Positions 48,581 to 62,862 of a stretch of 64,000 nucleotides of DNA are shown piece after piece. The notes beneath the pieces were generated by a model. That model saw only the letters and a list, made by a program, of their open reading frames with translations. It had not been told where the DNA came from and searched no databases. The position numbers were made by a program, and so were the translations under genes. The DNA comes from Azolla caroliniana (lineage: Eukaryota; Plantae; Polypodiophyta), in NCBI GenBank assembly GCA_043228905.1, contig JBHGNT010000016.1, positions 8,866,001 to 8,930,000 of the forward strand. The letters are read 5' to 3'. The first letter of the stretch is position 1. Each line of letters starts with the position of its first letter.

Positions 48581-51299
48581 TCAAATTCGTCTTTGTGAGC
48601 ACCACCAAGCTATCCAAGATTGACAAATTATTTGTGTCATGGACAATAGGGATCCCAACTCCTCTATTGATAATGATACTTTTAGTTTTAGAATTTGTTA
48701 TAGCAAAGTCACATTAACTTCTAGGGTTTTAGGTATTTGTTCACCATAAGGGGTAGAGTCCATTTTTGTTTAGGGTTTAGGGTTTATCTTCATAAGAATC
48801 ACTTGCACCCATAATAAGAGGTATAATCCTTCCTTATTTAGGTTAACTTCTTGTCGTCATTCTCATAACCATGAGAGAGAGCATGCCTCCTCTAACGATT
48901 CTTTAATATCAAAAACATTTGGATAGATTGGAGAGCGGCAGTTAATCTTGATAAGGCATGTCAATTTCGATGGAAGTATATTCGCTCCTAGTTACAACAC
49001 AAGTATGTTGGATCCTTCCTCATTCAAGAAAATAAGTACCGCATTCCACTAAAACTCCAATATCTCTTTAGAACAAAGGACCGAAACTTTGAAAATTTGC
49101 ACACAATTAGACTTCCCAAGATTTCCAACAAACTATAACATACTAAAATTGGTGAACCTTATGTGTGTCATCTTCCTCGCACAAAACATATTGAAAAAAT
49201 GTACAAACATGCAGCTTGCATGCATATCTTGTGTTTCTAACACATACACTTATGAATATACAAAAACTAGATCAGCGGGCTTTTGAGCTTAGTATACTCA
49301 AGAATAATGAACACATTTAAACTCTGATTATACTCAAAAGAAGGTTTACAAGAGTAGAAACAAGATGAGTTGCTCTATTAAGCTAATTTTGTGTGTTAAA
49401 ACCTAGATTATGCACTCCCAATGGGAGCCTAAAAAATACCCAATAACTGAGAATGATATACCACTCTCTAATGTTTTTGCTTATATAGTGCTTCACCAAA
49501 AGTTTGTGTGGAATTTAAGCTCAAAAGTTACTTCTAACAAGTGGTCGTATACTCTAGCAATTAACAATGTGGTGTTAGAGATTATTTCTAATGTAAGCAT
49601 AAATCAAGGAAATAGATGATAGATAGATAAGAGAAAGAAAGGTGCTGATCCACCCGAAGCGAAGGGATCGAGATGAACCCGAGCTTTGAACGGCATCCCA
49701 TACCACTGCCATGGCATTGAGTCGTACCTGGTACTGGCGCTCACTTGCCACAAGAGTTTGTTCACCGCAATATCATAGCCTCAAGGTACTCGAATAATGT
49801 GAGGATAACTAGGCCTCATATTCATAGCTAGACCTAAGGCCTCCAAGCAAGTTCACACATTGTCCTTATGGGTTGTATCTATCCCTAGGATCAAAAGTAA
49901 TCCTCCCTTCTTTACACTCTCGATTAACCCTCACACTTTTATCCTCGTGTGCAGAATACGACGATACAAACTACCATGGGATAAATTATGATCATGCTTG
50001 TAACATGTGGCATTTCACTTTAGGTTCTAACAAATTTTTGGGGCCAATATCTCCATGATTTGCATGTTGTGGTGGAATCCTAATGGTTTGGAATTCCATG
50101 TTGGTGGTTCCTCATGACCAATGGAGTTGATAGCCAAGTTGAAGTTAGGGATGGTTGTGGGATTTGTGAATGTGGATGCATGTGTTTGAGCTTTGGTTTT
50201 CACACACTTTCACATGTTGGTGTTCAACATTTATAAGTGTATCAACAAGCTGTCATGAAATCCCATGCACTCTATTACGATAGGTTAGACTTCAACTAGC
50301 ATCTTACCAAGGGCCTTTACGTTTAGGCTGTTGTTCTAAAGCGGAGGTATATCCCTTTATCTAAGGACTTGAGTTCAAGGATTGCATTGTCCTTAATATG
50401 CACAAGGTTCGAAACTCTTCTCCGACCAACTCCTCATACGGCCGAAGGGGAGTGGGATGTACTAGTTGATCTTTTGTCTTTCAACCCATGATTCTCGTTT
50501 ACATCAATATTTTTAAACCAACCACCAAGCATGTTTACATTAGTCCTTTTTATGGATGGGCTGTAGAGGGGGTGCACAATTTTGTATTTTTCGAAGGTTA
50601 TCGAGAGTTACCATGGAAACCAAATCATTCCATGGACCTATTAGCAAACATGTTTGCCTTAATGTGCATGTGAGAATTGAACACAATGGAACTCGTTTGA
50701 TTTGAGTGAATATGTATGTATGTGTGTGTATATATAAAGTAAAATGTAAAGGTTATGATTTGGGTGGTTCTTCCACACCTCCTTAGCCTATACATAGCCA
50801 TGGGAGCTTATGAAAGCTCACCACTACTTTGAGTGATCTATATATAGGGATGTACCACCGTCTACCTTTTCATACAAGAGAGACCGTGTGTCAATCACTC
50901 TCAAGCTACTTGTGCATATGCACTCTAATTTCTGTCTACGACCAAATCACTTACGCAAGGTTAAAATGAAACACTTAACTCACGTAAGACTTTACTACAA
51001 TATGAGAACTATTATGGGATAGAGAAGAGTGAGAAACCACAACCCTTAGCTTCCACTTAAGTCACGTGTAGCACAAATTACAAGTTTATGATAAAATGAT
51101 TACAAAGATTATGCGTATAATGAAGGAAATGATAGAAGTGATGGAGAGAGAGAGAGAGGGAAAGAGAGGGAGAGAGAGGGAGAGAGAGGGAGAAATTACA
51201 AGATATACCATTGTTGCAAGGATCTTTGCCATTGAAAACAAATGTTGCACCTTGGGTGGATTGGAAATTACAAGATGATACACGCTTGTTATAGGTCAC

Positions 51300-52004
51300 T
51301 ACAAATATATTGTATCATCATGCAATGATATCATTACCTTGGCTATCTCCTATAGCAACAAAGTTGTGGAATGTATGTAAGTCAAATGCAAGGTGGTGGA
51401 AAATATTACAATGTGGTTGGCATTCCCATCTACCATTTCGTGCAAAGGTATCCATATGGAGAGTCATGATTGGTGGGCTCCCATTAGGTTCGGCCTTAAA
51501 GAGACCAGGACTAAGGTTAGGCACTTGTTTCTTTTGCACCGTTCCATTGGAGGATAGTACACATAGGTTCATTAAATGCCATATAGCGTGTACCATTTGG
51601 AAGTACTTATCAGACATTTGGCAAGTTTTAACCTGTTGTTGTTTGATACCTCAACAATGGGTTTTTTCTCAATATGTTCAAAATGGTTCAAATGATGAGA
51701 TGGAAATATTGCTCCAATTTTTATGTTATCGGGGACTACAACGCAATTGGAATATGCGTAATGCTTTCATGTTTGATAATAGACATGGGGTGAAAGCCTA
51801 TATAAAGAAGCTGAAAGGTATTCTTCTGTGGAATTTTTGGATGTTAGAGCATGTGGGGATCATTTCCTCAAATGCATATTCAGGTTTTTAATGGCATTAC
51901 AGGACGTCCATCTCCCTACATAGGCATATGATAGGTAGAGGAGGCTAAGAAGTGAGTTATAACTAAGTGGATTTTACATACAATTAATATAATTGTGTGC
52001 TTTT

Positions 52005-52005
<1 letters not shown>
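51300..52005 (+). mobile_element. L1-clade LINE zf-RVT fragment
   Basis: WHSHLPFRAKVSIWRVMIGGLPLG..CFFCTVPLEDSTHRFIKC...WNMRNAFMF. Confidence 0.82.
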
Positions 52006-52047
<42 letters not shown>

Positions 52048-52054
52048 TTGAGTA

Positions 52055-53865
52055 TGAAAGAAAGCACGATATATTAACGTCTTCTAAGGCCAAAATTGGC
52101 CCATGAGACAATTGGTTTACAACAAAATGGGATATTTACCCATTCATTGAAAGTAAAAATAAAATAAAATAAAAATACAACTTAAGCTAAATAGTTCTAG
52201 TAAAATGACAAACCCAATGTAATGGATTTATACTAGGCCTAGTTTCATCTCCATCCAATTCTCTCGAAAAGAAGCAGGAGGTCAAAGGGTTTCGATGTGG
52301 ATGTGTTTGGTTGTTCTTTGCATTTCTGCTTCCTCTAGAGAGAGGCCGAGTGGCGTAAGTGTATCCACATTCATCGTCTCCCCTTGTTCCTGAAAAATTA
52401 CACTACTTACATGTTGATGAATATTAAAAGGGTTATCGTTAACACTTTGTAGCTTATTCTCCCTATGTTGTTTTAGCTCTAAGATATACCTACCTAGTCT
52501 CTTTATATCTAGGGTATCTAATAGTTTGGAGAGGGTGGGAGAGGGTCCTAATATGCCTTGGTATTCCGCCCTTATCTTGGCATAGGTTGGACACTTGCAT
52601 GTAAAGTGATACTCATCCTCTATCTCTATGTGACATAATCGACATAGCCTTTCCTCTCTAGGGACTCTATTAGCCCGACCATTCTCAATCTCAAGTTGGT
52701 GAGATGAGATGATATCCTAAGTTGTCCAATGGCCACCCTTAGTGCATTTGATTAGAATGTATCTAGATATCTTGGTCGTGTAATAAAACCAAACTTAGAG
52801 AAGTGCAAGCAGTGTTCCTTATAATAACAACATTTTAGATGGGAGTGGCTCTCGTGGGGTGATACATGTATATCGGGTGTAAAATTGCCATATTTCTTGG
52901 TGTATTACTTTATTACGGTCTTCATGAGATATTAAAGTTTGATTAGTCCCATGGTTGTACTTAAGGGGAGGTAGGTTATTAATGTCTATGCCATTTGCAA
53001 GTAACCAACTCACTACAGTGCTATACCAAGAGCTAGTGTCTCCATATGCATATAGGGATTGGGATGCCTCAAAGGATCGACGGGAGATCCTATCTTGTGG
53101 TTGGCTATGTATCCGATGAATAAAAACTACCACTTGGAAAAGTGCTTCTACTAACATCGGGGGCAAACTGAACTCTACTCTAATAATGTCATGTGGTACT
53201 ATCGATTTGCTTCAGAGTTGACGTGATAACATCATCACCAAAGGTCTCTCTAATTGCGTCCACATGAAAGATGGTAGACCTGGAGCCCATACTATTGATG
53301 CATAGAATCATGAGGGAAGGGGTCACTAATGAGTCGAAGAACCATCCCGTAGTCTGTGGCTCTTGAAAGTATGCTTGGTGGCATTGTCTCTCTAAAAGTG
53401 AGAGGGATGCATACCCTCTCGTTAGCCTATCTTTGGCTACCTGGGTCATCAAGAATTTACCTAAACGAGCACTAAAAGTGAGTCCCAAGTATATATATGA
53501 TCCGACTACCTCAACTGGTTTATGAGAGAGGAGTAGGTGACATTTACTCCTAACTCGTGACGATGTATGAAAGATACAGACTTTAGTTTTTGCGAGATTC
53601 ACTACCAATCATCGTTGTGTGCAAACGTCATCTAGGGCATTAAGATGCTTTTGTAGGTCATGTTCAAACTCCGAGAGCAAGATGATGTCATCTGTGTAGA
53701 GTAAGAGACTAATTTGTGTACCCCCAATAGCTACTCCATTGCCTCCCTTACGGGCAATAAAATCAGTGATCTCATCAATATAGATCCCAAAAAGAGTCGG
53801 TGATAAGGGGCAACCCTGTTTTACACCAATGGTACTGGTGAAGCAATCAGATGGGCCATATGGGA
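52055..53865 (-). mobile_element. RTE-like LINE fragment (RT core to 3' end)
   Basis: Minus-strand GVKQGCPLSPTLFGIYID, LLYTDDIILL, VVNLAKTKV, YIYLGL, SHQLEIENGR, EDEYHFTCKC; the 3' end resembles 41790 and 24625. Confidence 0.85.
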
Positions 53866-53869
53866 TATT

Positions 53870-55242
53870 TGTTGTGGAAGAAGAGGGATAAGATGAGAAT
53901 CATTTGGGTTGTGTGGAATCATCTAGCAACCCCTAAACGCTTGGGGGGGAGCAAGAATATTGAACTTATCTATGCATATGATGGCTCATAGATTTTCATT
54001 ATTACAAGACATGTGTTCAAACTCACAACCATGGATATCTATTGTTCAATATTTCATTGCGAACAAGGGTTTAACACATGGGAGGACAACGATTAAGGCT
54101 TCATGGTGGCAATTACTGAATGGATGTATTTCACTTAGGATTCCGGGCTCTTCATGTGTTCAACACTTGGTTACCTCATGGCAAGAAGCATTGTTGTTAT
54201 GTGTATGGAAACCATAATCTAGTAGAGAGCATTGTAATTCTTTGCAAAAAGAGTTACTTGTGTCTTCTTGGCTATTTTTATGCTCTCAATTTAATCGTTT
54301 GTTTCGTTTGGGGGTCAAAGAGGTGGGAGATATAGTTGAGGCTCCATCTCAAAGAATTTTGGAGTTTGTTGAAGCGTGACAATTATTACGCATCACACCT
54401 AATTATGGGTTTATTTGGCAACAACTACAAAATATTGCATTGACGTGGGGTCCCTTACCTCTAAAAACATGAGACCAACCGTGGATTGATTGGTGTTTAT
54501 GGGTCAAACGCCGTTGTTACAAGTGACTACTAATCTTTTGTATCATTGCTCTGTTGAGTCTCTTAGATGGTTATCATCCAAGGCTGAAGAAGAATGGAAA
54601 ATACACAAATCTGATCATGGGTGGTGGCATATCTTACAACGTAGTTGACATTCTAAATTGCCACTTGTAGCAAAGGTCTTCATTTGGAGAGTTTTGATTG
54701 GAGGATTGCCTTTGGAATTAGCTCTAAAGCGTCGTGGACAAGCAATGGGCAATTGTTTTTTTTGCACTGTTCAAATGGAAGATAATACTCATCGATTTAT
54801 ACAATGTCTGATTGCTTGTCAGATTTGGAGTTACATTTCTCAAATTTGGTAAGTTTGATCACGGTGTTATTTGATACCTAGACAGTGGGTGTTTGCAGAA
54901 ATTACACAGGTTGACCCAAAATCAGAGATGGAGATCGTTTTTCTATTTCTAAGATGTTGGGGATTGCGTCATAATTGGAACATGCGCAACGCTTTTGTAT
55001 TCGATGGTAAACATGGAGTGAAAGCCTATATAAATCTACGAAAGTTAAAGGGAGTACTAATGTGACAATTTTCTTTACTAGAGCAAGTGAAAATTCTTTC
55101 CTCAGTGGAGTGTTTGTCTTGCCTATTGGCAATTCAACATGCTCCACTACCCATGTAGTAAGACTATACTCTATTCTCACACCCATTGTAAGTAGTGTTT
55201 TTTCTACACACATTTATTAATATACATAATTGTGTGTTTTCA

Positions 55243-55245
<3 letters not shown>
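53870..55245 (+). mobile_element. L1-clade LINE 3' fragment
   Basis: VVWNHLATPKRLGG, LPLVAKVFIWRVLIGGLPL, CFFCTVQMEDNTHRFIQC, WNMRNAFVFDG; followed by (GA)n. Confidence 0.82.
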
Positions 55246-55283
<38 letters not shown>

Positions 55284-55330
55284 AAGACGGAAGGGCTTTG
55301 AAGAAGAAGACGGAGCCTGAGAGAGAAGCT

Positions 55331-55446
55331 GCCACGTCAGGACTGCCACGTCATTGGGTGGGGAGCGCGCCAAGAAAAGAAGATGAGATGAGATTGCGGG
55401 AGCCGGCCGAGCAGCCAGCGGACGCCACGTCAGCTAGTGCCACGTG
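55331..55446. promoter_or_regulatory. Cluster of four GCCACGT (ACGTGGC, ABRE/G-box-type) motifs upstream of ABA4
   Basis: GCCACGTCA at 55331, 55345 and 55424, and GCCACGTG at 55439, which is 170-290 bp before the ATG. Confidence 0.7.
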
Positions 55447-55616
55447 TGAGCAGGGAAATGCGAAAGCGAAAGGTGCAGCAGCAGAAACAGAGAGAAAGCA
55501 GAAGAGAAGAGAAGAGAAGAGAAGAGAAGAGAAGCGAAGCGAAGCGAAGCCAAGACAGTCAGTCTACACGTCTCCTGCTCCATCTCCATCTTCATCTCCA
55601 TCTCCATCGCTCGCCT

Positions 55617-58600
55617 ATGGCCATGCTGCGCCTCTTCTCTCCTCAGGTTTTCTGTTTTCTCTTCCTCCTCTTCCTCCTCCGTCTCTTTCTCCTTATATCT
55701 TGTCGCCAAGTTCTCTTAGTACCTTCAAATCCTCTGAACATTACAGCGCCTGTTTCTTGAAGTGAAAAATTGTCAACAGTGTAATTTATGTATGGGTGAG
55801 AGAGCGGATTGCTTACTGCTTTTTTTGACGTATACATGGTTTGCTTTTATGAAGGTTAATCTGATTTCGATTACTTACTGCTTTTTTTGACGCATACATG
55901 GTTTGCTTTTATGAAGGTTAATCTGATTTCATGAAATCACGCTTTCAAAAAGTAAAGAAAGAGGACCAAATAAATGAAGGAAATCGCACGTTATGTCTTA
56001 GAGAGACAAAACTTAACTGTTCTCTTTTTTCACAGAAATTGATTAAAAATAATGCAGCATGCTTGTTATGATGGAAATTTGTTTATGTTTATGGAACTTT
56101 GTTTAGCTAAGAAACACACCTAGGACTTGATTTCAGAAAGTGAGAATATGTTTTTTTGGTGTGATAACATTGAGTTGAACATGTATCCACAACTTTATCC
56201 AAGAAAACACCAAAAAGAAAAACGATTATTGCATGTTTTGATTTTTTTTTTTGCCTTTCCAAACGAAGCTTAATTTAAGGAAGAAATAAACTGGCACTTA
56301 AATTACAAAAACTGTGGAAAATTCAAGTTTGTTTTGGTGTAGAATTTATTTACAACTAAGGAAAGCATACATGAAACTAAACTTGATTTCAAGAAGTGAA
56401 GATGAAATCAATCTGGGTCTGATGTGGTACCTTGGTTATCCGACTGGTTTTCAAGAAATGGAAGGATTTTTTGCGTGTGTTTAGGAACAACTCAAGCTTG
56501 TCTTAATCTAGTATATGTTTCCTTCATCGGGCTTCATCTGACTAAGACAAAAGGCTTGGACTTGATTGCAAGGAATGAAAATAAAAGAAGCCAAATCTTT
56601 CTTTTTGAGGAACAGAGGAGGGCATTCATTCCTATAATGTGAAGATTAACTAATTTCAACTTACTGAAAAAGAATCTGTTTTCTATGCCAAATTTGAAAA
56701 TGAAATTCTAGTTGGAATAACTTTTGCAAGAATTGCATGAACTGAAAGAACCGTGGATTTTAACAAGGTGACGGAGCAGAGATATTCATGCATAAGACAA
56801 TGTCTGGCAAGCAAGGATCTGAATGAAAATTTATAAAACATTAGTTAATAAAGGTTTTGATCTCCAAAATTCTGTAGGCAGCTAGAAAATACTTTAAAGA
56901 GAGAAAGAATTGTGGCTGAGATCGCTCATGACCTGCTTGTTCGTATTTGGTAGGTTGGGGAGTCCACAAGGATTCAACCACAGATGTGTTGGATGTCAAT
57001 AACACATGAATATCCTTTATCGTCAGGTCACACCTACCTGGGAATATCCAAGTCATGGCGTGTCAACGGGTCGAAATCTGGTATTGGAGAAAGGTATAAT
57101 CTTGTCTTCAATCCCCAGAGAGGAATTCTGAAAAGATCAACGACATCAACCGTTTTTGCTTCATGTAAGTATGCAATTCTGTGTACAGTATTAATCATTC
57201 GAGATAAAAACCCTTAATCCTTTCTATGAGTCTTGCTCTTAGCAAATATGCAAATACTTCAAAGAAATTTTCTTTATTTCGACAAATGCCCCAAGGTTTC
57301 CTTCATTTCTCCAAATGCCATTGGTCATGGAAAGAGAAAACAAGGAGACGAATCAACCATATAGTTGTTCGAATAGCTCATGTATTTGCCAGAGAATGGA
57401 TTTGACTATTAGACAACCTAGAGAAGGCTTGCCAACTTTTAAACCATAGAGAATATTGATATGATTATATGCCATGAGATAATAGCTAGAAGATTATGAC
57501 TTAATAAATTGACATATATATAGGTCTTCTCAATTTTTATAAAGGTGAATAAATTGGTTTAGACTTGGGTTATTTTAACTCTTTTTTAAGGTTGTTTATT
57601 GTGCAGTACCATCAATAGCACCACCCCCAGTAGAATTGGCAAGCAATCTCTTTACATTTGGTACAGCATTTGTAGTGCCCTTTTATACAGTGATGATACT
57701 TGCCCCACAGGCTAAATGGGTGAGTGTTGTCTGTGTTCACATAAATTTTTGGGAAAGAGTTCTGAAATACTTTTTTATTTCCTTAAATGTCCCTGAGTTC
57801 TTCATTATTTCCCCAAGAGCTCTTTGTCAAACCTTGAAATATGAAGAATTTCTGTAAGTTTTTCTCCTTGATGGTAATTTTATTTAAGTTTTATATGATG
57901 ATGAGCAGACCAAGAAGATTGTAGAAAGTAGCTTACCATATGTTATTCTGGGGATTCTATATGCATATTTGCTTTCTCTTTCTTGGTCTCCAGAGACATT
58001 ACAACTGATGTTTGCGAGCAAATACTGGTTACCCGAGGTATGAAAACCGACAGAATAGAGTAATGATATAATGATTTGAGATCCTTTGTATGGTTAAATC
58101 TAAACCTACTAATTTTCACTTTCCTTCAGCTTCCTGGAATTGCAAAAATGTTCTCTAGCACAATGACTGTGGCATCTGCATGGATTCATTTATTGGCAGT
58201 AGATCTCTTTGCAGGGAGGTATATCCACTCCATTAATGCAAAAATAATTACCATATTAACCGTATGAAGAAAAGACAGACAAGAATAACAAAAACTGTAT
58301 TTTAACTACAGTTTTGATGCTCCGAAATGTTCAAATAATAATAATGATGATGATGATGATGATGAACAGGCAGATTTACCTCGATGGCCTTCAACATTCA
58401 TTGGAGACGCGGCACTCATTGGTGCTATGTCTTCTTTTCTGCCCAGTAGGGATATTATCTCACCATATTACCAAGGTAAATTCAATGTATAACTGGCATT
58501 AAGAACAAAAAGTTTAGCTGCTTGTGAACTATATTGTTTAAGTTTTTAATATATAATTGACATCAAGAAATAAAGGTTGACCTGGTTTCAAACCATGTTG

Positions 58601-58674
58601 TTTAGGCTCTGGTTCAAGTGAGGCGAAGAATCGGCAGTGATGAGACTGCTGAGGTTGCCCGTGTGTACTCTTGA
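55617..58674 (+). CDS. ABA4: ABA DEFICIENT 4 (DUF4281, neoxanthin biosynthesis), plastid-targeted
   Basis: Exons approximately 55617-55646, 56954-57164, 57607-57719, 57909-58037, 58130-58218, 58369-58475, 58606-58674 give ..[107 protein letters not shown]. Confidence 0.92.
55805..55930. repeat. ~63-bp tandem duplication in ABA4 intron 1
   Basis: Two near-identical copies of GATT(G/A)CTTACTGCTTTTTTTGACG(T/C)ATACATGGTTTGCTTTTATGAAGGTTAATCTGATTTC. Confidence 0.9.
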
Positions 58675-60129
58675 GGAAATGGGCTTTTGTAATCAATTAT
58701 ATGAAATATCACAACTTGCATTACACAGGGTATATATTGTTGATGGATTCATATAGCAATTGGCACAATTATCTCTACAGGCTAAGCTAAAGAAAACACA
58801 TCAGCTATATTTGGAGAAACTCCATTAGCATATGGATTTTTGTTATATAAGCCTTACCGATTTGGATTACAAAGAATTGCAAATCCATCATGTCTATAGG
58901 ACATTATTCTTATGTTTCCCAAGAATGTCACATGCAATAATAATGCATGTAACATTTCTCCAATTACCCATTCCAAGTTCCAACAATCTACATGTCTCGC
59001 TTAATAGTTTTTTTGAATGGCTCGCATCTATTAACTATGTGGCCAAGTCGCAATCGTGGTTTTTAAGTTTCTCAATCTTCCCAAATTTGATGGGCAAAGC
59101 ATGTGCCTGCCTATTTGATGGATTTTATGAAATAATATATTTATTTGGACACACTCACAGATTATATGATGTAATCATTTGATGAAGTTTCGAGTGTGAT
59201 GTTGGTGTGATTTATTCAAGGTGTCTTAATGGAACTTGTGATCATGGGTGTTTTGATTTGCAGTACGTAGTTTGGTCTATTAGGTAACAAAAGTGAAGCA
59301 ACGTTGGGGATTGGTTGGTTTTACGACACATTCAAAAATCACAATTTGTGGTTCATTGTGTGATATTGTTTGTACAATTGTGGTTGATAGTGTGTTTGTA
59401 CCATTGGGGATCAATAGCGGTTAGTTGGGTTGTTGACGCAGACAAGCAAATCATTCTTGCATAAGCAATACTTCGATAAATTGGAATGGGTCTCATGTGT
59501 GATTCGTGCAACTAGTTGGAACATTCTTGCAACTTGTCATCAAAGAGTACGAGAAATGAGTTTAATCATGTTGTCCATTGGTGTATCTTTCTTGGTGTTG
59601 GTGCCTCCTATTGTTGAAGGTTGTTAATGTTTGTGCAAATGAGGGGTTGACCAGTAGATTCTTTATTAGTGTTATCATCAAGATTATTGTTTCTGATTTT
59701 CTTGGCCAAGTATGAACATTCCTCTCATATTATAAGTCTTGTCAATTTGCTTGGATTTTTGTATCATATTGTGGTGTGCATGTGTTCTTATGTGCATTTC
59801 ACAATATTGTCAAGAACTAAGTAATATATAGTTCCAAGTAGGAATTGACAATGGTGTTTCGACTTACCGATTTGGCCTAGTCCAAATCAAAGCGGTTAAT
59901 CATAAACCAGTTTGGGAATTGGTTTAGCCCAAAACGGTTTGGTTTGGCTTGAGCGATCCCAAACCAAGCTCAAACCACTTAAGGAAGCTCAACCTTGAAC
60001 CGAGCCGAGCTAGACCACAAAACTTTTTTAAAACAGTTTTAACGACTTGGTTTACGCTTGAGCCAAGCTGGTGTCGACCCTTGGTTCTAAGCAACTTAAT
60101 AGATTAAGGAATATGCATGCATGTGTGTG

Positions 60130-62862
60130 TGTTAGAGTAGAGAGAAAGGTGGCAACCCACAAGCCTCATCGAGATAATGCATTTGACAAAATAGGGGATT
60201 ATTATACAATGAAGCTACAAATAATACAAAGATGAAAGGAACTATACATAAAAAATAGAGTAGAGAGAAAGGTGGCAACCCACAAGCCTCATGGAGATAA
60301 TGCATTTGACAAAATAGGGGATTATTATACAATGAAGCTACAAATAATACAAAGATGAAAGCAATTATACATAAAAAATAACCAACACTTTGCAAAAAGA
60401 GAGGAGACTTGGTTTATAGAGAAATCCAATGCTAAGTTAAGAACAATCGAGTAATGATGGGAGAGTTAGTTGGATATTTAATTTATTCACTTCATCTTGC
60501 AAAGAGTGAATAAATTAAATATATCCCATTCATTAAGTGAATGGTGAACTTTAACACACATTCCCCAAAGAGTGTGTTCACACACAAGCTTTGTGTGTTT
60601 GAGGTTGTTATCTCAACATGACTCTCAAGTTGAATTGTGTTGTATTGTCGTTTGATGATTGGCTTCATTTTTTTGCACTACCCCTCATGCTCGATGGATG
60701 TAGATGTAGGCCAAGTACTGTTGAAAATTGTCTAAGATTTCCCACTCCAAGCTCTTTGTAAATATACCCCTCGTTTATTGCCCGATCTAGATACTTTGGA
60801 AATTGATGTCTCCAACTACTATTGTGCTGTCAGATGTATTGGTAATGCACTTGAATGTGCATTGGGTTCCATATCACTTGCATGTTGCTACAGTTATTGT
60901 AATAGAGGGATATGGAGCCATCAATTAGATTGTTGAAATTTTTAAGGATTCTCTTGAACCACATAGCTTCACAAGAGGCATCTACCACAATCCTATAGGG
61001 CCAAGTGATGGTGAGATAGATAAGGCTTCCGACTAGTTGGCGGTAGAAAGTCGGCTCACACTCTTTTGTGTTGGAATCAACATCTAGCCTTAGATTTCGA
61101 TCGAGAGTGGTAGCAACGAGCTTACACTCTGTCATCCCAAACTTGTAAAGAAGATTGGGGATATAGTGTCATTGGGAGATCATGACACTATTCGGAGTCC
61201 AAATTACTTCTATACCTAGAAAGTAATGTAGCTCCTTCATATCTATCATTTCAAATCGGTCGGAGAGTAGCTTCTTGGTATGTTCGATATCCCCGATGTG
61301 CTCTCCTCCAATGACCAAGTTGTCCACATAAATTATGATGAATAGTTGTCCTCTAGAGTCGTTCTGGATGAATAGAGAATTGTCAGACTTGGACATTTTG
61401 AAGCCGATTTAGTGAAGATATTGGGTTATCTTCGAATGTTATGCTCTCGGTACTTGCTTGAGACCGTAGAGAGGCTTTTTGAGTAAGCAAACAACAATAA
61501 GATGTGTACTCAACTTGAATCCGGGTGGTTGTACCATGTACACCTCCTCTTCTAACTCGCCTTGGAGAAAGGCGTTCTTCACATCCATTTGGTGGAGGTG
61601 CCACCCTTTGGCTGCTGCAAGCGCGATCACGGTTCAGATGGTTGCCATCTTTGCCACCGGGGCAAAGGTTTTTTCATAATTGATCCTGTGTGTCTGCGCA
61701 TACCCTTTTGCCACAAGCCGGGCCTTATACCAATTGATGGTGTTGTCAACATTGTGCTTCACCTTGAACATCCATTGACAACCGATTTCCTTTTGATGGG
61801 GTGAAGAGGGAACGAGATCCCATGTCTCGTTTTTGGAGAGTGCTTGCATCTCCTCATTCATCGCTTCGACCCATCATGGGTCCTTTGCAGATTCGGAAAA
61901 TGTTTCCGGATCTCAGACTATCACCACCTTCATCATGAATGCATAATGATATGCCATGTAGTCATTGTAGCGGAATCGGCTAACTACATTCTTTTCTCGG
62001 GTGGAGTGATGTGGTGCCATTGGTGTCCGCATGCTAGGCACATCCAATCCACCATACTCACTGTTGGGTGAGTGATCCGATTCGTTTCCATCTGAGTCTT
62101 CGTACTCAAGCATTTTGGTCTTTCCTTTGTCTTGTTTTGGACTTGGCTGCGACGTGCTTTGGTCGCTCGGTGGCTCTTGTGCTCCACTCAATCTGGTTGA
62201 GATCGAACTTCCCTTTGATGTGAGCCTTAGTTGATCATCCTCCTCTGAGTCGATTATTTTGAAATCAGTTTCGATTGGATCAGATGGAGTTGAGTCGAAT
62301 GTGTACTAGGATACTGACTCATCAAATACGACATCCCTACTCACCCGCACCTTCTTGGTAGAGGGGTTCGCGCACTTATACCCCTTTTGTTTGAGCTTGT
62401 ATCCCACGAGGATACATTTATCCATCTTACAATTGAGCTTCTGCTACATCTCACCAGGAATATGTACTAAGGTAATAGAACCGAATATTCTGATGTGGGA
62501 TAAGTTCGGCTTCTTTCCATAGAAATTCTCATGGGGGGTAATATCGTGCAACGATTCATTAGATAGACAGCCGTGTTCGTTGCTTCAACCCAATATGATT
62601 TTGGTAGATGTTTCTTGTTCATCATTGCCCTTGCCACCTCAAGTATATGCCGGTACTTTCGTTCGGCTACTCCATTTTGATGAGGTGTGTGTTGGCACTT
62701 GGCAGGTGAACTCCCGCCAAATTCCTTCTTGTCGAAGGTATGTTGTGAAGGCATTGGAGAAATACTCCTTGCCGCCTTCCGATCGAAGGCATCAAACATG
62801 CTGACTGGTTGCCTTTTCGACTTTGTTTTTGAATTTTTGGAAGTGTGCAGACACTTCCCTCT
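60130..62862 (-). mobile_element. Ty1/Copia element, 5'-truncated: integrase, RT, RNase H remnants and 3' LTR
   Basis: [73 protein letters not shown]. Putative LTR about 60130-60618 contains a ~123-bp tandem duplication. Confidence 0.9.

Noticed and set aside
50335-50470. GGTTCGAAAC B-box-like motif suggesting a tRNA or SINE
   Set aside because: No cloverleaf, convincing A box or tail.
55164-55837. Several 60-180 aa ORFs upstream of and overlapping ABA4 exon 1
   Set aside because: They are low-complexity read-through of GA/CT microsatellites and 5' UTR sequence.
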